From: a virus | Strand: one strand, 5' to 3' | Virus record (IMG/VR): IMGVR_UViG_3300044800_000286 | Length of the DNA: 64,000 nt | In this document: one piece after another, positions 1 to 6,043 of the stretch | How positions within the stretch are numbered: position 1 is the stretch's first letter | Layout: every line of letters begins with the position of its first letter | Program-made: the position numbers and the translations under genes | Notes under the pieces: generated by a model | What the model was told of the DNA's origin: nothing | Database searches by the model: none | What the model saw: only the letters and a program-made list of their open reading frames with translations

Positions 1-13
1 CCCGCTCAAATCT

Positions 14-89
14 TGGTGGACCTGATGGGATTCGAACCCACGACCTCCTCGATGCCATCGAGGCGCGCTCCCAACTGCGCCACAGGCCC
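14..89 (-). tRNA. tRNA-Ala(GGC)
   Basis: Cloverleaf, anticodon arm CCTCG-ATGGCAT-CGAGG, G3:U70, A73, encoded CCA. Confidence 0.95.
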
Positions 90-95
90 AAAACT

Positions 96-172
96 TGGTA
101 GCCCGGACGGGGCTTGAACCCGTAATCTTCACCTTGAGAGGGTGACGAGTTAGCCAGTTACTCTACCGGGCC
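96..172 (-). tRNA. tRNA-Glu(CTC)
   Basis: Anticodon arm TCACC-CTCTCAA-GGTGA, T-loop TTCAAGC, encoded CCA. Confidence 0.93.
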
Positions 173-184
173 GAACTCAAAAAC

Positions 185-258
185 TGGAGCGGGGTACGGG
201 ACTCGAACCCGTTTCTCCACCTTGGAAGAGTGGTACACAACCCATATGCCAACCCCGC
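185..258 (-). tRNA. tRNA-Gly(TCC)
   Basis: Anticodon arm CCACT-CTTCCAA-GGTGG, U73, encoded CCA. Confidence 0.93.
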
Positions 259-265
259 GCAAAAC

Positions 266-592
266 TTTGTGTCAGACCGATAAGCCGGGTTCTGTCTGGG
301 ACAATCATTCATCTATGACGTACATCGCTGCACGCCTCAAGCTCCCAACCCGCCGCTTGGTAACGCCCCGAGCAGGGGCTCACGGCCTATTTGGGATTGC
401 TCCGCATGGAGGTTGCCCGTTTCACCCGCACGGTTTCTGCTTGGCAAGCATAATACCGTGCGACTCGTCTCTGTTGCCCTATTCGTCATCCGGCCTTTCA
501 ACCAAACGCCCAGCCGTTAGCTGGCATGCTGCTCTGTGGAGCCCGGACTTTCCTCCCCCATTGCTGGCGGCGATTGTCTAGCCTGACACAAA
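266..592 (-). ncRNA. rnpB: RNase P RNA (bacterial type A-like, apparently lacking P13/P14)
   Basis: Universal motifs GAGGAAAGTCCGGGC and ACAGAACCCGGCTTAT on the minus strand; terminal P1 helix TTTGTGTCAG/CTGACACAAA; P18 with GCGA loop. Confidence 0.95.
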
Positions 593-595
593 CTC

Positions 596-670
596 TGGAG
601 CACCCGGTCGGTGTCGAGCCGACTCGTAACAGTTTTGCAGACTGCCGCGTTCCCGTTTCGCCACGGATGC
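596..670 (-). tRNA. tRNA-Cys(GCA)
   Basis: Anticodon arm GCAGT-CTGCAAA-ACTGT, U73, CCA; atypical T-loop CTCGACA. Confidence 0.88.
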
Positions 671-676
671 AAATTT

Positions 677-751
677 TGGCGGTGCCAGCGGGAGTCGAAC
701 CCGCGCTTCTACCGTGACAGGGTAGTGTCAGTACCGCTTGACCATGGCACC
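677..751 (-). tRNA. tRNA-Asp(GTC)
   Basis: Anticodon arm CTACC-CTGTCAC-GGTAG, G73, CCA. Confidence 0.93.
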
Positions 752-790
752 GCATTGTCCGAAGCGCACATCGTTCTTCAGACACAAACT

Positions 791-864
791 TGGTGGACCT
801 GAGGAGAATCGAACTCCCAATTCAGCCTTGCAAAGGCCGCAGTTTCCCGTTAGCATACAGGCCC
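791..864 (-). tRNA. tRNA-Ala(TGC)
   Basis: Anticodon arm CGGCC-TTTGCAA-GGCTG, G3:U70, A73, CCA. Confidence 0.92.
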
Positions 865-1136
865 ACAATCTGTTCCCACGACAAACCCAAATACTTCATG
901 CACCAATGGACTGCTTTGTGGCAACGAAAACACAATCTCACAAACTCCCCACTTTTCATCTCAATCTGGTGTTCTTTCTCTCCCATTGATTCAAATCTCT
1001 TGTGTTCTTTACCATCTTTTCGATGCGCAACTGATCTCTTTGAATAACTACAAAAGAAACACTCTTTTCCAAGATTTGTATCAACTATCGCTCGCTTTCG
1101 GTCCCTTCGCTTCTTATTCCACTTAGCAGTCGCCAC
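822..1136 (-). CDS. small HNH-like Zn-binding endonuclease
   Basis: CxxC...H...LCxxCH pattern; AT-rich insert in the tRNA array; 3' end overlaps tRNA-Ala. Confidence 0.6.
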   Translation of the reverse strand: MATAKWNKKRRDRKRAIVDTNLGKECFFCSYSKRSVAHRKDGKEHKRFESMGEKEHQIEMKSGEFVRLCFRCHKAVHWCMKYLGLSWEQIVGLYANGKLRPLQG

Positions 1137-1162
1137 AAACCCACCTTGGATCGCCTAAACTT

Positions 1163-1236
1163 TGGAGCGGACGATGAGAATTGAACTCACGCCTGAACGT
1201 TGGCAACGTTCCGTACTACCACTATACTACGCCCGC
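1163..1236 (-). tRNA. tRNA-Gly(GCC)
   Basis: Anticodon arm GAACG-TTGCCAA-CGTTC, U73, CCA. Confidence 0.93.
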
Positions 1237-1237
1237 T

Positions 1238-1313
1238 TGGTAGCCCCTGTCGGAATCGAACCGACGGCCCTTCGGGTGTAGACCGAATGCTCTGACCGCT
1301 GAGCTAAGAGGCT
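1238..1313 (-). tRNA. tRNA-Val(TAC), C33 variant
   Basis: Anticodon arm TTCGG-TCTACAC-CCGAA, A73, CCA. Confidence 0.85.
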
Positions 1314-1331
1314 GCACAAAATATCGATCCC

Positions 1332-1411
1332 GTCTGCACAGGGTTCCGAATCGAACGGGGAGGGAATGACCCCCTTTGCTGGTCGCCTATGCCAGCCTGC
1401 CCTGTGCAGAC
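1332..1411 (-). ncRNA. tRNA-like structured RNA candidate (no CCA)
   Basis: Perfect 12-bp closing stem GTCTGCACAGGG/CCCTGTGCAGAC enclosing three hairpins, the last with T-loop TTCGATT. Confidence 0.6.
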
Positions 1412-1416
1412 AAGAG

Positions 1417-1452
1417 AACAAAAACAAAAAGGACGACCTTTTCAGATCGTCC
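1417..1452 (-). terminator. intrinsic terminator (attenuator) upstream of the tRNA array
   Basis: GGACGATCT-GAAA-AGGTCGTCC followed by TTTTTGTTTTTG. Confidence 0.85.
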
Positions 1453-1505
1453 TCGGAATCTCTTGGTTGGTTTCTGCTTATCCTTCCCAACCATCCTCCG
1501 AGGAC
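1449..1505 (-). promoter_or_regulatory. antiterminator hairpin
   Basis: GTCCTCGGA/TCCGAGGAC plus TGGTTGG/CCAACCA; its 3' arm overlaps the terminator 5' arm and its 5' arm lies in the last leader codons. Confidence 0.75.
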
Positions 1506-1603
1506 ACGGTATCGGCCCCTGCCGCGAAGCCTTCAAAGGCTCCGACCGCGCATACGCCGCCCAAGGTGTCTGCGGCGGCGACGAATTGGAGACTGCGGTT
1601 CAT
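1478..1603 (-). CDS. attenuator leader peptide MNRSLQFVAAADTLGGVCAVGAFEGFAAGADTVSSEDGWEG (41 aa)
   Basis: ATG...TAA read by hand, GAGAG upstream, stop codon lies in the antiterminator loop. Confidence 0.75.
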   Translation of the reverse strand: MNRSLQFVAAADTLGGVCAVGAFEGFAAGADTVSSEDGWEG

Positions 1604-1657
1604 GTCTTCGGTACTCTCTATCTTGATACTGCGTATTCGGAAAACTCCCGGTTATTA

Positions 1658-1808
1658 ACGGAAGCTGCCCGGTAGGGAGTCAAAACCCTATCCGTGCCCG
1701 GATCGCAGCTTGCGCTGCGGCATCGCCCCGAACTATGCGGGGGCATTCTGCCGTATGATCCACTCCTGCGCAGGGGCGAACCACGTTAAACTACGGGCAG
1801 CTTCCCGT
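1658..1808 (-). ncRNA. structured RNA candidate with tRNA/tmRNA-like ends
   Basis: Terminal stem GGAAGCTGCCCG/CGGGCAGCTTCC, T-arm-like TAGGG-TTTTGACT-CCCTA, GCAA tetraloop, nested hairpins; TTGACA promoter just upstream. Confidence 0.6.
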
Positions 1809-1841
1809 ACTCCCTATCAATACCGCGAAAGCGGGAATCTT

Positions 1842-1880
1842 GTCAAGAACTATTTTTGGGAATTATCCCTTTAACTCCAC
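1842..1880. repeat. 39-bp promoter-associated direct repeat, copy 1 (others at 2652-2690 and 4031-4069)
   Basis: 35/39 identity to copy 2 and 31/39 to copy 3 by manual alignment. Confidence 0.85.
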
Positions 1881-2187
1881 AAACTTCTAGCGTGGGATTT
1901 GGGTTACGTCGCAATTTCACTAAAGTGACGCCCTTGTCAGAACAATTTAACGTCGTGTACTTGATCCACGAACGCAGGGACTTGTTGTGACGCAAAACTC
2001 GACGGATGCAAACGCCAAGGTAGCCTGTGTTCGTATTTATGAATCCGGGGATTATTCCTCGATTACGACCGTGGCCGTGAATCAGCGTCAAACGGTCCTT
2101 GCCCGTCTCCCATGCCTGCTGCACAATCTTGTTGAGAATTCCATCGGTGATATCTGCCGGGAAGTATCCGTGAAGGTCAATTTCCAC
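1843..2187 (-). CDS. stand-alone Smr-domain protein
   Basis: IDLHG and LIHGHG motifs typical of Smr; RBS GGAGG upstream. Confidence 0.8.
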   Translation of the reverse strand: MEIDLHGYFPADITDGILNKIVQQAWETGKDRLTLIHGHGRNRGIIPGFINTNTGYLGVCIRRVLRHNKSLRSWIKYTTLNCSDKGVTLVKLRRNPNPTLEVCGVKGIIPKNSS

Positions 2188-2204
2188 TGTTTCCTCCTAC
2201 TCCT

Positions 2205-2240
2205 AAAAAACTGCGGGGGGGACCGGAACTCAGTCCCCCG
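2205..2240 (-). terminator. intrinsic terminator
   Basis: GGGGGAC/GTCCCCC hairpin followed shortly by T6 on the minus strand. Confidence 0.55.
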
Positions 2241-2270
2241 TTCGTGTTACTCGCCTACCGCAAACAGAGC

Positions 2271-2516
2271 TTAGCAGACTAGTTTTTCTATTTCCGTTTT
2301 CACGCGGTAAAATGTGGCTAGGACTTGTTTCGATGTCATTCCCATTGCGCGCAAGCGGTGAAGTTGCGCCTTGGAATCGTTGACAAATTTGTCTCCCCAC
2401 TCGCGCCCAAGTGGCACACCTGACGCTAGGGCGAGTTTAACGTGCGCCACGGAATCGTCAACAAATTTGTCTCCCGCGGCGTCTAATTGTTTTGCAGCGA
2501 TTTTTGATTTGTTCAT
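2271..2516 (-). CDS. hypothetical protein with internal GDKFV(D/N)DS repeat
   Basis: ORF with purine-rich RBS and a duplicated motif. Confidence 0.6.
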   Translation of the reverse strand: MNKSKIAAKQLDAAGDKFVDDSVAHVKLALASGVPLGREWGDKFVNDSKAQLHRLRAMGMTSKQVLATFYRVKTEIEKLVC

Positions 2517-2550
2517 GTTTTCCTGTTCTCCGGCGATTATCGCCTTTACC

Positions 2551-2577
2551 AAAACCCCAACTTTGTTGGGGCTTTTT
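2551..2577. terminator. bidirectional terminator-like hairpin
   Basis: AAAA-CCCCAAC-TTT-GTTGGGG-CTTTTT. Confidence 0.55.
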
Positions 2578-2659
2578 ACGATGGCGCAGAGCAGGATAAA
2601 AATTTTTGGTGATGCACCACCGACACAATAATGCTACAAACCACGAACCTCGTCAAGAA

Positions 2660-3181
2660 CTATTTTGGGGAATTACCCCTTTGACTCCGCAGCTTCTGTT
2701 GATAAATGAGGACGGCTTCAAGATTACTAGCTATCGCACGGGCAGCGCCACCCCAGATGAGTCCGACAGTGAAATTCGATGTGGGCGCATATGCATCCTG
2801 TTTCCCGTCCGCGTTGTGCCTCACGCAGTTCTTCCCTCCCTTGCATTCGACTTCGAGACTTGCGATGCTGAGTTCTGCAAACTCGATGGACCGCGCCGTG
2901 TCGAAATCCAAATCGGCAAGATAGGCGACTGTTTCGTTGTGCACGCCGCGTTTTCCCTGCGGGGCGTCATAGGTGAGGACCAGCTTGTCACCGACCACGG
3001 CAAGCCGATTGTTAATAACTCTGTTCGGGGTGTCAATAAGGTTGGAGTTGATCCTTGCCAACTCCTCGGTTTGCATCTGGAGATCGAGAGCCGGGAAAGA
3101 TTGATCGGCTTGTTTCGAGCATCCGCCGACTGCGGTCACAATCGCCGTAAAGACTAAAGCTGCGTATAAGTTGGTCTTCAT
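2660..3181 (-). CDS. putative lipoprotein
   Basis: Signal peptide ending in lipobox-like VGGC; leaderless start after TATACT. Confidence 0.65.
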   Translation of the reverse strand: MKTNLYAALVFTAIVTAVGGCSKQADQSFPALDLQMQTEELARINSNLIDTPNRVINNRLAVVGDKLVLTYDAPQGKRGVHNETVAYLADLDFDTARSIEFAELSIASLEVECKGGKNCVRHNADGKQDAYAPTSNFTVGLIWGGAARAIASNLEAVLIYQQKLRSQRGNSPK

Positions 3182-3187
3182 GCCCAC

Positions 3188-3216
3188 AGTATACAGCCGA
3201 GGAGGGATTTTAGCTA
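3188..3216 (-). promoter_or_regulatory. repeated promoter TAGCNR-N17-TATACT with TG extension
   Basis: Same architecture at 4484-4514, 4549-4578, 9446-9474, 20211-20239 and 38861-38889. Confidence 0.75.
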
Positions 3217-3285
3217 GCTGTATTGTGTTGAAAACAAGCTAGTTACAAGATACTTGTGGAGTTAAAAGGATAGTTTCTCTATTTG

Positions 3286-3455
3286 GGGGATTATATGCTT
3301 GACTCCCTTTCGCGCGGGCCGGGGTGGACTAGGCTTCGTCATCCCTTCGGGAAGCAAATCGTCACGATTATTAATCGCGCATGCGACTTCTAGCTTCAGC
3401 GCCCCTGCCCTGTTTGCTCATCGCCCGTGCTGGGGGAGTCGAGCGTATAATCCCC
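3286..3455 (+). ncRNA. 170-nt structured RNA candidate
   Basis: 22-bp terminal stem with G:U pairs on the plus strand, CUUCGG tetraloop, possible pseudoknot. Confidence 0.6.
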
Positions 3456-3483
3456 TGTCTCGGGGGCGGCTTCGCTTCGCGCC

Positions 3484-3687
3484 TTAGACCGGGACCACGT
3501 TGGCCGCTTGCAGGCCCTTGGGTCCGGTCACGACCTCGAACTCGACGGCCTGTCCCTCGTTCAGGGACTTGTAGCCGTCCGCCTGGATCGCGGAGAAATG
3601 GACGAAAACGTCCTCGCCGCTCTGGCGCTGGATGAATCCGTAGCCCTTGCTGGCGTTAAACCACTTCACTGTTCCTTGTTCTTTCAC
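3484..3687 (-). CDS. cspA: cold-shock protein
   Basis: GTVKWFN, KGYGFI and DVFVHFSAI motifs. Confidence 0.97.
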   Translation of the reverse strand: MKEQGTVKWFNASKGYGFIQRQSGEDVFVHFSAIQADGYKSLNEGQAVEFEVVTGPKGLQAANVVPV

Positions 3688-3858
3688 TGCTTTACCTCTG
3701 CTGCTTTCTGTTTAAATTTCGCTACTTCTATGCGAAGAGCGAGTACCAAACTCGAATTGGACCGTGCCGCACTTCACCGGTACAGTCAATACCCTAATGA
3801 GATCAAAAGTCCGACATTCCCTGTCAGATCGTCCGCGTCGCCCTCCCAAGGCTCCGCG

Positions 3859-4059
3859 TCATTTCGCGGATTTCCGAACGGTTTTCCTTGCGGCTTGCCG
3901 CACGGCCTTGTGGCACGCACGCCGAGCCCGGCGCTTCCCGCCATCGGTCTTGTTGACGCCCTTGTGCCACATATCCCGATCATACAAGCAATTCCCCAAC
4001 AAAGCAAGTCTACAAGTCGGAGGCGGTTTTGTCCAGCAGGACTTTGGGGAATTATTCAT
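3859..4059 (-). CDS. small basic hypothetical protein (true start probably further downstream)
   Basis: Arg/Lys-rich ORF; its 5' part coincides with a TGGACA-N17-TAGACT promoter. Confidence 0.4.
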   Translation of the reverse strand: MNNSPKSCWTKPPPTCRLALLGNCLYDRDMWHKGVNKTDGGKRRARRACHKAVRQAARKTVRKSAK

Positions 4060-4093
4060 TTAACTCCACACCCAAAGTGTCCCCCAATCAAAG

Positions 4094-4477
4094 TCAATGG
4101 GCAATCATCCGGACTACGCGGGCTAAACAGGCCAAGCCGCCGATGTAAATAGCGAAATCACCCACGCTGAAGATGCTATGCAGCATGTGGATGCGGTCGC
4201 ACAGCAGCGGGGCGTGAGTTGACCCCGTAGCTGGTTGATAATTTTTGGTCCAGTCGGCCGCATAACCCTCTCGCTCGAAAACCGGCATACGACCTCCGTT
4301 GGCTTCTACGGCGACGAGATTGAGGAGGCATCCTATTACCGCTAGGGTCCAGCAAGCGGCAGCCGAGCCGCCCACGCCTTTCCATACGGGAACGCAGAAG
4401 AGGGCGCATCCCACCGCCAAGGCGATATAACTGATACGGCTGACCGGCTGGAAGGCGCTTGTCGTGTTCTTGCTCAT
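4094..4477 (-). CDS. DUF5317-like membrane protein
   Basis: TM helices plus ANGGRMPV, LLCDRI and FSVGD motifs. Confidence 0.75.
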   Translation of the reverse strand: MSKNTTSAFQPVSRISYIALAVGCALFCVPVWKGVGGSAAACWTLAVIGCLLNLVAVEANGGRMPVFEREGYAADWTKNYQPATGSTHAPLLCDRIHMLHSIFSVGDFAIYIGGLACLARVVRMIAH

Positions 4478-4483
4478 GCCCAT

Positions 4484-4578
4484 AGTATACAACGGGCCGG
4501 GGGAATTTTGGCTATTTTCATGCCCCGTGCAATCAACAACTTAGAACCTAGCTAAAACCCCTCCCGCCTCTGTATACT
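4484..4578. promoter_or_regulatory. divergent promoter pair with central IHF-consensus site (4531-4543)
   Basis: Two TGTATACT boxes back to back; AATCAACAACTTA matches WATCAANNNNTTR. Confidence 0.7.
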
Positions 4579-4584
4579 TTGGGT

Positions 4585-5010
4585 ATGGGTAACCCGTTCG
4601 CCATAGATCGAACTTTCGTAGTCAGCGTCAAAGCCCTGCGCGGAATCCTGAAGGAGATTTCCGCCGGGAAGGAACGCTGGTGGATCGAGGAAAACAGGCC
4701 CCGCGGCGTCGTGATCGGCTACAACGCGGGAACGGAAGAACTCAACAGCATCCAATTCGAGTTCCTGAAGATCGTCGACGTGCCGTTGTTCCCGGACGGC
4801 GACGGCCAGATAGTCTGCCTCTATCCGGCGAGCCGGGGATCGATCCAGCGCGGCCTGTACTGGCAGGCGAACAGGCTGGTGTTCGACGAAGTGAAGGACT
4901 GGGGGGCTTTTTGGCCGCCGATTCGGGAAGCGTTGGCGAGACGCTATTCGGAGGGTTCGTCTTCCTCGGCAACGGCAGCCATGTCCCCGCCGAGCCTCAG
5001 CAGCATGTGA
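4585..5010 (+). CDS. hypothetical protein
   Basis: ATG 6 nt after TATACT; GC-rich coding pattern. Confidence 0.65.
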   Translation: MGNPFAIDRTFVVSVKALRGILKEISAGKERWWIEENRPRGVVIGYNAGTEELNSIQFEFLKIVDVPLFPDGDGQIVCLYPASRGSIQRGLYWQANRLVFDEVKDWGAFWPPIREALARRYSEGSSSSATAAMSPPSLSSM

Positions 5011-5150
5011 TCGGATGACAGGTTGCGCCCCAGCACGGAGACGCCTCCGTACATGTCGAATTCCCTTCGACTGACAACCACTTCGCCGCCCAAACGGTCG
5101 ATCAACACAGCGAGAATCTGGACCAGCGTGTCAATTTCGGACTGTGCCAT
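4944..5150 (-). CDS. hypothetical protein
   Basis: ORF with GGAGG upstream. Confidence 0.6.
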   Translation of the reverse strand: MAQSEIDTLVQILAVLIDRLGGEVVVSRREFDMYGGVSVLGRNLSSDHMLLRLGGDMAAVAEEDEPSE

Positions 5151-5181
5151 TGGAGGAGGCCTCCGTCTACTAAGGAAGGCT

Positions 5182-5460
5182 TTAGTCGAATTGTTGGGGG
5201 TCAACCCGTCCGCAAGATTCCCCGAAGATAGCACGGAGGAGCCTCTCTTCCGGAGAAAGCTTGGAATCAGCGCCCTCGGGATAGAAAAACATCCTCAGCT
5301 TGCAGCACAGGAGCGCTGGCTCCCCGTTGACTTGCACGACATCTAGGTGGTTGTCCGGGTCCCCGTGGCAATTGTCGCAGCACTCCACCCCGAGGTAGCC
5401 GAAATCCTTGCAGGTCTTGGTGTATTCGATGGCAACGCTATCGATCGTGAGGATTCGCAT
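5182..5460 (-). CDS. hypothetical Cys-rich protein
   Basis: CCxxCH and CC motifs; co-directional with neighbours. Confidence 0.6.
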   Translation of the reverse strand: MRILTIDSVAIEYTKTCKDFGYLGVECCDNCHGDPDNHLDVVQVNGEPALLCCKLRMFFYPEGADSKLSPEERLLRAIFGESCGRVDPQQFD

Positions 5461-5488
5461 ACAAAAGAGCCCGCTAGCCGGGATTCCG

Positions 5489-5770
5489 CTATTCGATGAT
5501 GGCGGGCTTGGGAACTTCGTTGGCCCCGGCGAGCAGGATGCTCGGCAACTCGCACTCCACCGTGGCGAGTCGGCTCGGGCAGATCAGGATGAACTTGTTC
5601 TTCTCCGGGTTGCGGAGCAGCCCCACGCTCGCGTACTGCTTGAGCATCTGCATCATGAGAAGCTGCGTCTGCTGGTCAATCGGGTACTGCGGATCGGCCG
5701 GGGCGGTGATCTCCTGCGAGGTCTCTGTCCCGTCCGCGAGCGTAATGCGGAATTGCAGCTTAATTTCCAT
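5489..5770 (-). CDS. hypothetical protein
   Basis: AAGGA RBS; overlaps the upstream gene end. Confidence 0.65.
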   Translation of the reverse strand: MEIKLQFRITLADGTETSQEITAPADPQYPIDQQTQLLMMQMLKQYASVGLLRNPEKNKFILICPSRLATVECELPSILLAGANEVPKPAIIE

Positions 5771-6005
5771 CCGTTTCCTTGCAGCACACGTCGAGGACGA
5801 ACCGGGCCGCCATCGCCGCGACTTGGATTGCCTCTTCAAGCTGCTTGCCCTTGTTCGGATACTGCTCTTTGATCTCGTCCCAAAGCTCGTCCGTCTCTTC
5901 GAGAATCACGGCGTAGCCTTCGTGGGCGCTCGCCATGGGACCGTGCTTCTTCACGGCCCTGCGAAGCTCGTCGGCGATCAATCCGCACACCTGTTCGATA
6001 TTCAT
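5760..6005 (-). CDS. MazG-like nucleotide pyrophosphohydrolase
   Basis: HEGYAVILEExDELW...EEAIQVAAMA helical acidic motifs; adjacent to RNR. Confidence 0.7.
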   Translation of the reverse strand: MNIEQVCGLIADELRRAVKKHGPMASAHEGYAVILEETDELWDEIKEQYPNKGKQLEEAIQVAAMAARFVLDVCCKETDGN

Positions 6006-6043
6006 CTCTGTCGTTGAATACTGCGTTTTCCGGGAGTGTCGTC

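Noticed and set aside
1-5. 5' end (GCGGG) of another minus-strand tRNA
   Set aside because: Likely given the spacing, but only 5 nt are visible, so it cannot be called.
1332-1411. Y RNA (YrlA) or tRNA-Sec identity for the tRNA mimic
   Set aside because: The arm order is that of a normal tRNA rather than permuted YrlA. There is no long variable arm, U33 or CCA for tRNA-Sec, and no Ro/TROVE gene in the window.
3286-3455. Hammerhead ribozyme on the minus strand (GATGAG...GAAA)
   Set aside because: The CUGANGA core and stem arrangement are not satisfied, and G:U asymmetry favours the plus strand.
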